A stretch of 64,000 nt of DNA from Blepharisma stoltei ATCC 30299 (lineage: Eukaryota > Protista > Ciliophora). The notes beneath the pieces were generated by a model. The model had not been told where the DNA came from. It saw only the letters and a program-made list of their open reading frames with translations, and ran no database searches. The stretch spans positions 124,001-188,000 of the forward strand of contig CBFDEM010000030.1 in assembly GCA_965603825.1 (NCBI GenBank), written 5' to 3'. Below are positions 53,834-64,000 of the stretch, one piece after another. Position 1 is the first letter of the stretch; the number at the start of each line of letters is the position of its first letter. The translations under genes and the position numbers were made by a program.

Positions 53834-54491
53834 TATAAAAATTTCATTATGATAAGTTTTCATTTTAGGCTCTTTTAAGAATGCTGGTGATAAGATATCT
53901 TTATCGTAGACTTCAAATTATACAGATAGGAGTTTAGGATTGATAGCGTTTTAATTTTTCCTCAGGCTAAAATCAATCAAGTAGAGCTCTCTAATTTGAT
54001 GTTTACGTTAAAGTTATTTTTGCTAGTTTGAGATGAATAAGAACTGAAAGCAGATCAAGGCAAACCAAAAAACCGTAAAATAGTGTAAGGCAACAAAATT
54101 TAACTATAGTAAAACTGATTGAGAGTTTAATTTTTCGCTAGCATGTTGGGCGAACTTATTGTTCTGGCTTCAGTTAAAACTAGAAAAAAGAATTAAGTTG
54201 CTCATTTCGCTTAGGACATCGTATAATAATACAGGATATTTAGCGATAAGTAAAAATACAAAACTATTCAGACAGAAAACTCATTCAAGGGCAGAAAGAA
54301 AATAATTAATTTTTCCAAAAAATCTTCACATGGTCTAAGAATTTTCCTCTGAAATTCTATCGCCAGTGATATTTCATTATATATAGCAAATTTTAATAAT
54401 ACTAGCCATAGATTCTATCAATCCTAATGAGATATCAAAAAAACTGATAGAGTTAGTCATCTAAAATCGCTTAAATTGATTATACATAAAT

Positions 54492-55385
54492 ATGGAGAAG
54501 TTATTGTTCAGTTTGTTAACAACTCAGGCCCTTGCTTTGTGCTCCTTCACCCAGCATTGTGACCAACCTCCTTATAATTGTGACACTCCGAAACCAGTAA
54601 GCCCACCATACCCTCCTTTTATGGAAAATTTCACAGCTCCATATGCATGTCCCACATTTTTAGGTCAAGAAGTTTGTTGCAATGATGACCAGAATGCAGC
54701 TATGAATTATAAATATTTTCTATTAGACGAGACATTTGGGCACACTGTGGGTGGATGCGATATTTGTGCGTCTAATATGAAATATATGTGATGCCACTTT
54801 ACATGCAATCCTAATCAAGCACAATTTGTTCAAGCGGGACCAGTAATATATGTCCCTAACCCTGTAAGTCCTCAGCAAAAAGTCCTGACAATGCTTACTA
54901 ATTTCACAGTCACAAATTCTTTATCTTGCGAACTTTATCAATCCTGCCAAAAATGCCCTTACGTCACACAAGTTTCAGCAATGCAAAGTCCTGAAGGCTT
55001 TTTACAATTTCAAGGGTATGAAGGGATTTCTATTGAGTTTATTTGGACAACTTTTCTGTTTTCTGATGGGCCTGAAGCTTTGGATTTAGAACTTTTGCCT
55101 TGTAATACAAATGTGACGAGCATGTTTGGGTATAATATTCAGCCATGCACATGTAATAACTGTCTGAACTCTTGTGCAGCAAGTTATTATGTGTCTTCTC
55201 CATCAACTCTTGAAGGGCTTGATTGGCCTCTGGTTGGAATTGCTTATTTGGTGATTCTTGGGGTTTCTATGATAATCTTTTTTTCAAAGTATGCTTGGAA
55301 AAAGCATCAAGAAAAGAAAATGAGAGATATTCAGCCTTATGAAGAGCATCAGCTAACGGACAGTTTGAATAGCTCAGCTTCTTAA
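54492..55385 (+). CDS. Stand-alone Niemann-Pick C1 N-terminal-domain protein with signal peptide and one C-terminal TM (~297 aa)
   Basis: Cys pattern CP...VCC..DQ, C..C..N...WCHFTCNPNQ..FV, LYQSC and PCTCNNC..SC. The two track ORFs join through TGA 54789-54791. Confidence 0.82.
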
Positions 55386-55816
55386 TATTAATTTTTACAA
55401 TAGCTAATCTTTTTATCCTATGAGCTAATACTCTGCCTTCACAAAAATGAGAAATTAAAAACTGTTATTTAATTATTAGCATAGATTAAACTAATTACTA
55501 ACCATTAATAAGACTGTGTTTTCTTATTTATTAATCATTTTATGTAGCTCCAAGCCCTAAAGAATCAAATGCACACATCCAATGAGCATATCTCAATTTA
55601 TCATAATCTGACATTTTCAATTCATGAAAGTCTTCTCTCCATATCAACTATGCTTAATTCTATTTATGGAACATTTATATGATTTGTATTATCTGGCTTG
55701 ATATTCATAAAATTATTTACACTTCTTACATCTTATGCTTATAGGATTCAAACAACATAATCGTTATATGATGTCTCAAGAACTCTATATAAACTATTGA
55801 AAAACTTATTTAATTG

Positions 55817-56050
55817 GTAATAACTGCTTAGGCTCTTGCGCAGCTAGTTATTATGTGTCTTCAGATCAATTCTTGAAGGAAAGGTTGGCCTCTGGTTGGA
55901 ATTCATATTTAGCGATTTTCGGCGCTTCAATGATAGTTTTCTTTTCAAAATATGATGAAAAAAACATCAAGAAAAGAAAAAAAGAGACATTCAGCCTTAT
56001 GAAGAACATCAGCTGACAGATAGCTTGAGTGATTCAGTTTCTTAATGTTA
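55817..56050 (+). pseudogene. Decayed duplicate of the 3' end of the NPC1-NTD gene
   Basis: Aligns by eye to ~55154-55390 (TAATAACTG..TCTTG.GCAGC.AGTTATTATGTGTCTTC; CATCAAGAAAAGAAA..GAGA.ATTCAGCCTTATGAAGA) with indels. Confidence 0.8.
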
Positions 56051-56420
56051 GTTTATTATAAGATTCTATCTAATAGATTAATAAACCTTAAACTTATATC
56101 CAGTCAACAATTTTTTCTTAAAGTTATGCTTTCAATTACTGTATAAATCGATATTGGTCATTTTCCGATAAATATCAGGAATTATATTAACTTTAATCCT
56201 TGTTTAAAAATCAAATATTATCTTTTCTTTAATGTTAAGGATTTTAAAAAACGATAAAACAAGCATTTCTTATTTTTATATGATAATAATAAATCAGAGT
56301 GGAATATTGTATAACTTAATTAAGAAATATAATTATATTAGAAAATGTTGCTGGATGGTTTTCATAGTGTTTAATTTAGGATAATGCAAATTTCTGTAAT
56401 GCTTTAATTATAAGATTATT

Positions 56421-59177
56421 ATGGACAAACCTCAAAGCAAAACAATTGGCAATTATGTAAATTTTATATAGCAACTTGGAGATTGCATTGGCAAAGGGGC
56501 TTTTGGAAAAGTTTATAAAGCCCTTAACAAAGAAACAGCTCAAATAGTCGCAATAAAACAAATTTCAGTCGTAAATGTGTCAGAAGATCAAATATCCTCA
56601 ATCCACAAAGAAATTAACCTAATGAAACGTTTATCCCACCAAAACATCGTTAAATATATCGGTTAGTTTTATTTAGATGTTATATCTTCTGATCAGTATC
56701 TCAACATAGTATTGGAATTTATCGAAAGCGGCTCATTAGCCGCCATTATAAAAAAATTCAGTCCTTTCCAAGAGAATCTTGTAGCGCATTTCACAAAACA
56801 AGTTCTTGAAGGTTTATGCTACCTTCATTCTCAAGGTGTAGTCCACAGAGATATAAAAGGCGCAAATTTATTGACAACTAAAGAAGGCGTCGTAAAATTG
56901 GCTGATTTTGGAGTAGCTATGAAATTGACCGAAAGCACCAAAAGTATGAGCATTGTGGGGACTCCTTACTGGATGGCCCCAGAAATTGTAGAACAGACTG
57001 GGTTTTGTACAACTGCATGTGATATCTGAAGCTTAGGCTGCACTGTAATAGAGCTGCTTACAGGGTATCCTCCTTATTTCGAGCTAGAAACTATGTCAGC
57101 ACTTTATAGAATAGTCCAAGACGACTGCCCTCCTCTACCTGGAAATATTTCCCCAGACCTAAAAGATTTTTTATTAAAATGTTTCCAAAAAGAGCCCATT
57201 GTAAGAGTTGATGCACCTACTTTGCTTATGCATCCTTGGATAAAGCCAAATTTAAATGAAAAAATCCCAATTCATGAAGAAGTTGAGCCTATAACTAACA
57301 CAACTCAAGAGTCTGATGAAGATATACAAACCATAGTCCCTATAAATTTAGATATCCAAGTCCCATCTCCTCCTGAAAAAAATCTGATTTTTGAAGAACA
57401 AGTCCTTGTGGATGAAGATCACGAATATGAAGAAAAAATCAGCACAGTCAAAGAGCTGAAAATCAAGCCGACTGATAGCAAAAAGTATAGCAATTTTAAT
57501 TTGACTAATAAAAGCACAAAAGTGGAGGCTAATGAATTTGGGTATTTCACAGCTGTAAATCAGCTGAAAGATACTAGAAAACAGAGTCCAAAGCATGAAG
57601 AATCAATTATTCATCAATGAAACCAATCAGAAGCTAATGAGCTCGAAAAAATGCTAGATGCACTTGATACTTTTCAAAATCTTGATGCTGTTTTGCCTGA
57701 GTTTCTAGATTTATTAAAGTCTCATCCTAATTTAAAAGAATTATCATCCCCTGCTATTCCTATTCTAAAACAAATTTTAGACGAATTAGAAGCCTCAGAA
57801 ACACTTCATCTCGCTCTTCAATGTGTAAATTTATTATGTGAGAACGATCAAAATATGCAAGAAATGGCTGCTTGTACAGGCTTGCTTACAGTAGCACTCC
57901 GATATATAGGTGAAGAATACTATAAAGAGCTGAGGATTGAAGCAGCTTATTTAATTGGCCAGCTTTTTCAATCTAGTCAGCATATAATAAAGCTTATGCT
58001 GTCGTCTGGAGGGATAGAAGCAATAATAAAATTATTGGACCCAAATTATGAAGAAAACCATGAACTGATTATACTAGGGATTGACTGCTTGCTAGAATTG
58101 ATGACAGAGCAAAGAGAAGAATACTTAAGAATATGGGCAAGCTGTGGGGTCATTGAAAGATTAGCATTGACACTTGACAATCTGAATGGAAACCCAGACC
58201 ATTTGACTCATTTGCAGAAAACTGCAGATTTAATATTGGCGTTTTCAACTGTAAAAGATATGTAGGGACCGAGAAGTGTGCTGATGAAGTTTTGTGAAGA
58301 AGATACACTGATAATTATTATTTCGACGATGCATTCGTTGCCAATTCAGCCAAAACTGCAGATTTTGAGGGCGTTAACTTATCTAGCGAGTGATAGGACT
58401 CTTCAAAACAGGCTTGAAAACATAGGATTTGTTGCAGATTTAGTAAGAATAATAAACAAAGATCAAGCCCCTGAAATTAGACTAGCTGTACTCACAGCTC
58501 TTAACTACTTGTGCATGATGAGTCCTGCACGACAAGAGCAAGCAGTCCTTGCTGGAATAATTCCAACCATCCTAGAAATTATTGACCAACCAGGAAAAGC
58601 TGCCCAAATCAGCATATCTCTTTTGTGCAGCTTCATATCAGCATCACCTGCATGCCGTGCCCACTTGCATAACCACAATGTTTTGCCAATATTTTCCAAT
58701 CTGCTTATTAAATACCCTCCAGTTTTTGACGCAATTGCTTTATGAGTAAATTTGGAGCCTATAAAATGTGAAGAATATATGATAAATGAAAATTTCATAC
58801 AAAAATTAATAGAAACTTTTTCAGATTCTTTGCATTCTGTTCAATCTTTGCAGTGCATGCTAAAAATTATAAATAGTTCAGAAAAGCTATGCAAAGAATT
58901 CGGATACAGAGAATCCTTTCTGCAGAACCTTTTTATCAAACTAAGTGACAGTCGAAAAGAGCCAGGAAAAATAAAAAACTGTTTAGAGCTGCTTTTAGGA
59001 GTCGTAGGAAGGCACCCAAAGCCTAGACAGCTTCTAGATAAGCATAACTTCTACCAACTGATCGTAAAAGTCCTTCATCAATCCAGAGATGAAGACTTGG
59101 TTGTCTTAGAAGAAATCGCAACACTGTTATTGTCAATTTACAGTCATGGAAATGTAAATGTGTCTAATCATAAATAG
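56421..59177 (+). CDS. STE-group kinase, Cdc15/Cdc7/MAP3K-epsilon-like, with a C-terminal ARM/HEAT-like region (~903 aa)
   Basis: Motifs [39 protein letters not shown](TGA)[17 protein letters not shown] and RQEQA. Three 15-nt introns. Confidence 0.88.
56457..56471 (+). other. 15-nt intron
   Basis: GTAAATTTTATATAG with an in-frame TAG. Confidence 0.9.
56662..56676 (+). other. 15-nt intron
   Basis: GTTAGTTTTATTTAG with an in-frame TAG. Confidence 0.88.
58251..58265 (+). other. 15-nt intron
   Basis: GTAAAAGATATGTAG with an in-frame TAG. Confidence 0.88.
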
Positions 59178-59240
59178 AGAGTTACAAACAAGCAATAAAA
59201 AATAAATAACTCTATATATTATTTAACTAATAATTTAGCA

Positions 59241-61916
59241 TTAATTCTTCAGCATCATCACATAAAGAGGGTCTTCTTTGTTTCTTATTGCTTCGGCTAT
59301 TTCTGAATACATATTGTGCGATGGAGGATTGTATGGTGAGGATAAGGATCGGTCGGATAATTCTTCCCAGTCTATGCTGTGGAATCATGGGTGAAGCTTC
59401 AAGGATTCGTGATTCTTCCGTAATGCTGGATTTTTGCTTAAAAGCTGGGATATTAAATGCCTTACTTCTGATTTTATTCTTGGTGAGTCAGGAAATACTA
59501 GGCTATTTTGGAGGATTTGTTGGTAAATTGAATATGGATCGTCATAGTTTTCGCCGAAAGGTAATTTTCCATATAAAAATTCATAAATAATTGTTCCTAA
59601 ACTCCAGTACTCAGCTGAGAAATTGTAGCCTATACCTAAAATAACTTCTGGTGCCATGTAGTGCGGAGTTCCGATGACAGTGTAAGTGCGCCCATTAATG
59701 ATTTTTGCTGCATTAAAATCAATTAGTTTTGGATAACCATCTTCGTCTATCATAATATTTTCTGGTTTATAATCTCTATGCATAATTCCTAATTCATGCA
59801 ATTTTTCTATTATCAAGATTATACAGGCTGCATAAAATTTTGCAGTTTTATTAGAAAATGGGCCTACTTCTTTTAAAATTTCATATAAATCTGATCCTTT
59901 GACGAATTCTTCTAATTGATAAATTCTTTCTTCATCTTCTTTGTGAGCTAATATATTCGAAAGTAATGGATATCGTAATAGTAATAGTTTTTCGGAAATG
60001 TTGTGATTAAAAACACGAGATTTTTCTGTAATTTTTAGTGTATATAGTTGCTTTGTGTATTTTTGAACTACCAGAAAAAGATGGGTATGCTTATTATTGC
60101 TCAGGCTTTTTATGACATAAAAATTTCTCAAGTTAAAATCTTCAATATGAAGCTGTGTATATTTTTTAATAACTTTATGAAGATTTTCACTAATAGTATC
60201 AATGAATTCTTGATATTCAATAGAATAAACAGTAGAGTTTCCATGAGATATTGCACTCTGTGTTCTATGTTTATCCAGATTAAAAACTTCTACACCAAAT
60301 AAATGTCCAGTTTTGAATGTATTAACCTTGCCCTCACCTTTTAATATATCAACTCTACCTGCTATCACAATAAAAAAGCAGTCCGCTTCTGCTCCTTCCA
60401 AATATAGAGATTGTTTATCTCTAAATGCACAAATCTTTATAACGCTAACAAGCTGCTCTAATTTATGGTTCGGTATAGGATCGAAAAGAGCTACATTTTT
60501 AAGCACTTTTATCACATCGTTTTGATTAATAACATTTTCTAAACTTCCTCCTATGCACTCCTGAAATTCACTGATCGTCAATTCAGCTATATCAGTGCTT
60601 GCAGTGCTTATATATTCATCATCATTAATTTGCTCTGGATTTAGCATTTCTCTATCTCCAATACACTGGCCTTGTATAAATTCACTATCTGTATGGATTG
60701 ATTTTATGGATCCATTTAATATAAAAAGTAAACGAGGCCCCTTTTCACTTGAAATCGACAGATTTTCATCTTTCATATAATTCTTTGTTTTCACTTTATT
60801 AATTATAGCACAAATTTGATCTTCGCTCAGCTGTTGTAATATTTCATTTCTTTTTATAGCTTTTTTGATGCAGTTTTTATGTAAAATTTTTTGTAAAAAA
60901 TCTCCGAGGACTCTATAAATATCGCTTCTGCTTAAACACAAAATTTTTGCTTTTCCTTTGGACACTACACACATTGTTTTTTTGGTTTTATAAAGAAGAG
61001 ATTGCTCTCCGAAATAGTCTCCTCTTTTAAGTTCTTTAATATCTATGTTATTTTTCTTGCATATAGCTGTTCCTTCTTTTATGATATAAATAAATTCACT
61101 TAAGTCTCCTTCATTTACGATTATTTCTCCATCTGAAAATTCTTGGGTAATAATTATGTCTAAAATTTTTTCTTTTTGGGATATAGTCAATTGTCTGAAT
61201 ATTTGAGAATTTTCTATCAGATTTTTATTATCATTGTAAATACTTGTGCTTATGCTTTCTATAACTAATCTAAAATTCTTCCTATCAATCCCCCAAAGTA
61301 AGGAATTTTCTAAAGCTTTTACAGTCACTCCATGCTTAAAGCTGTGCATTAGGGCAATTTCTCCAATATATTGCCCTCTTTTAAGAGATCCTTTAGAAAC
61401 TTCATCAGCAAATAACCCTAATTTTCCTGAAGCGACAATAAATAAAGTATTTCCATACTCATCCTGGCTAAATAAAATATCATTTTTATGTAAGAAATAT
61501 AGGCTCATTTCTGAGATAACCAATTCAAGAATCATTTTTGGCAATGAGTTCAGAAGAATAATGCTTTCTATAGCTTTTCTTATAATCTGATAATCATTTT
61601 CGCTTTTTATTTGATTTGTTTTATATTCCTCACTTGTTTCTTTGCTACGTAAAAAGTTTTGTGCTGCAGTTTTTTTCCTTCCATTAGGAGTTCGGAAAAA
61701 AGCTTTGGACTGGTCAGAGGCTTTAGGGGTAAGAAAAATTTTTGCTGATTTTTTGTCAGCAACAGGGCCAGTGGAGTATGGATTTGATCCTACAGAGATA
61801 AGTCCTGAAGTTTTTGCAGTGGGATCTGATGCTACAGATTTTAGATTAAAAGAAATCTTTCGTGATATCTTTGATTTGGATTTGTTAGAATTTTTTGTCT
61901 GAGCACAGTTTCCCAT
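59241..61916 (-). CDS. cGMP-dependent protein kinase-like (four cNMP-binding domains + degenerate AGC kinase), ~891 aa
   Basis: MGNC N-terminus, four cNMP folds, HRDYKPEN, GRTYTVIGTPHYMAPE and HPW(TGA)F..IDW. Stop TAA at 59241-59243. Confidence 0.85.
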
Positions 61917-62496
61917 TTAATTATGATAATTGTTGCATCATAACAATTAATTAATTTTTTATTATTATTAAGCTTATTATGCCGTTCCAATTAAATGGGG
62001 AGTAAATAATTATAAAAATCTAACCAGATTTTTCCTGCTGAATAAAAATCTTCTTTGAGTTAATTTATTTATATTGCAAGGTATCTTTCTGCTCAAAAAT
62101 TAATTATTATAATTTGATCGCAAAGAATTTTAATAATCTACCCATTTTATTTTTTATATGAATATTTTACTAATAAAGCATTTTTTTGGCGTAAATTCTT
62201 TATTAGACTCAATTTCTCGAATAATTTTCAATTTTGGAGTCGCTCAAGCGTGCAGACTCCACACGCAAACCCAATAAGCAGTTCTGGCAAAAGATAATAT
62301 TAAACTTATTTAATAGAACTTTCGGCTGCATTCTAAGATTTGACGGAGATTAAAGGACAAAATTACTAATGACTTTTTGATCATAAATGGCTTTAATAAT
62401 TAGTGGCGATATATTTATTGATTGAAAAAAAAAATATTTTAATAATGGAATAAATTGATTAAAAAACCTAGTTTTTTATAATTCTGATCTATAAAA

Positions 62497-64000
62497 ATGG
62501 AAGAGCATGCAGATTCTGACTTAGGAAATATAAGAGTCATATGCCGTTTCCGTCCGCTCAATGAAAAAGAAAAAGAAATTTCGATGCAAACATGCATTGA
62601 TTTTAGCTCTGACTGTAAAACTGTGACTGTACAAAGCCATACAGAAAATGCTGAGCCTCTGAAGTTTAATTTTGACCATGTTTTTGACCCTTCATCTTCT
62701 CAATCTTCAGTATACGAGATCTCAGCTAAGCCTATTGTAGAAGCAGTAACCCAAGGATTCAATGGTACAATTTTTGCCTATGGCCAAACTTCAAGTGGTA
62801 AAACATTTACCATGTCTGGTTCTGATGTTTCAGATCCAGAAATGATGGGTATTATTCCGAGAATGGTAAGCACTGTTTTTGAGTCTATTGGAAACTCTGA
62901 AGATTACTTGGAATTCCAAGTTAAAGTATCATACTGCGAAATATATATGGAGAAAATTAAAGACTTACTTGAACCAAACAAAAATAATTTAAAAATTCAT
63001 GAAGACAGAATAAGAGGGATTTATATCTCAGGATTATCTGAGAAATATGTAAATGATGACCAAGAAGTATACGATTTAATGAGTTTGGGGCTAGAAAATC
63101 GAGAAGTTGGCTATACTCATATGAATGCTGGATCATCAAGATCTCACTCAATATTTATTATTACAATCGCACAATCAAATACGAAAGTTTTGTCAACAAA
63201 AGTAGGCAAGTTGTATTTGGTCGACCTTGCTGGAAGTGAAAAAGTAGGAAAAACAGGAGCTGAAGGGAAAAGACTTGAGGAAGCTAAAAATATAAATAAA
63301 TCTTTAACAACTCTGGGGCAAGTGATATCAGCTTTAACAGATGGTAAATCAACACATGTTCCTTACAGGGATTCCAAGCTGACAAGAGTTCTGCAAGATT
63401 CTTTAGGAGGAAACTCAAAAACTACACTTATTGTCACCTGCTCACCATCTCCGTACAATGAGAGTGAAACTATAAGCACGTTAAGATTTGGCATCAGAGC
63501 TAAAGCTATTAAAAATAAGCCTAAAGTAAACCGTGAATACACAGTTGGAGAACTCAAGATTTTACTATCAAAAGCTAGAGAAGAAATCACCGAAAAGAAT
63601 AAACGAATTTCTGAGCTTGAAATAAATTTGCAGCAGTCTGGACATCAAATTCCAGATAATTTATTACCTTTCGGATTAAATATTGAAGGAGACTCATCAC
63701 TCCTTAACCTCTCTAAGATGTCTGAATATGATGAGATTTTCCACGAGCTTGAAGACATACGGTCTCGGCTTTCAGAAGAAGTCCAAACCAACCATTCTTT
63801 AAGCCAAGACTTAAGCCAAACTCAAGTTGACTTAGAAAGCTTAAAATCTGTAAGTGATTATATGGTAAAAGAATTAGAAAAAGCCAATAATTTAACAAAA
63901 ACACTAAAATCTGACATTAAAGAAAAAGAAGAAAAAATCTTCACATTAATTGACACCAATGAGAAGCTTACAAAAAAAAACAAAGGGCTTGCCGAAAAAG
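62497..64000 (+). CDS. Kinesin-1 heavy chain-like motor, 5' part (runs off the window)
   Basis: Motifs NIRVICRFRP, GFNGTIFAYGQTSSGKT, SSRSH, LVDLAGSEKVGKTGAEG and HVPYRDSKLTRVLQDSLGGNS, followed by coiled coil. No stop before the window end. Confidence 0.95.
   Translation, partial: MEEHADSDLGNIRVICRFRPLNEKEKEISMQTCIDFSSDCKTVTVQSHTENAEPLKFNFDHVFDPSSSQSSVYEISAKPIVEAVTQGFNGTIFAYGQTSSGKTFTMSGSDVSDPEMMGIIPRMVSTVFESIGNSEDYLEFQVKVSYCEIYMEKIKDLLEPNKNNLKIHEDRIRGIYISGLSEKYVNDDQEVYDLMSLGLENREVGYTHMNAGSSRSHSIFIITIAQSNTKVLSTKVGKLYLVDLAGSEKVGKTGAEGKRLEEAKNINKSLTTLGQVISALTDGKSTHVPYRDSKLTRVLQDSLGGNSKTTLIVTCSPSPYNESETISTLRFGIRAKAIKNKPKVNREYTVGELKILLSKAREEITEKNKRISELEINLQQSGHQIPDNLLPFGLNIEGDSSLLNLSKMSEYDEIFHELEDIRSRLSEEVQTNHSLSQDLSQTQVDLESLKSVSDYMVKELEKANNLTKTLKSDIKEKEEKIFTLIDTNEKLTKKNKGLAEK

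Noticed and set aside
59247-59261. Possible 15-nt GT..AG intron near the PKG 3' end (GTGATGATGCTGAAG)
   Set aside because: It lacks the position-10 A found in all 16 supported introns and is not needed to keep the frame.
1-64000. Fully ambiguous (Condylostoma-type) code or TAA/TAG=Gln code
   Set aside because: Long Gln-rich genes contain no in-frame TAA/TAG and the genes end in TAA. Only one isolated internal TAA was found.

Overview
This is AT-rich, gene-dense eukaryotic DNA from a heterotrich ciliate macronucleus, most consistent with Blepharisma. TGA encodes Trp (conserved WQFPHF in COX10, DIWSLG in a kinase, TGA/TGG interchange between paralogs), TAA/TAG are stops, and introns are 15 nt (one is 16 nt), GT-AG, with an invariant A at position 10. 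The supplied standard-code ORF track therefore fragments most genes. Re-read with TGA=W, the window holds a Kelch-like+TPR gene and a 32-kb tandem array of four ~2,450-aa receptor-like genes (signal peptide, Notch/LNR repeats, Pmp-like beta-helix, Cys-rich stalk, ~9-TM domain). Copy C of that array is broken by a TA-bounded 199-bp deletion and a TATA insertion. Next come a compact PIERCE-like / SpoU / STIMATE cluster, with an in-frame TAA in the PIERCE-like gene, then a hypothetical gene and COX10. A 3,489-aa protein joins Pro/Arg/Asp repeats, ~40 EF-hands and a C-terminal NPHP1-like domain. The rest is a FLYWCH-like zinc-finger gene missing from the ORF track, COQ9, a stand-alone NPC1 N-terminal-domain gene with a decayed partial duplicate, a Cdc15/MAP3K-epsilon-like kinase, a degenerate PKG and the 5' part of kinesin-1. 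All family calls come from motif recognition by eye, not from database searches.
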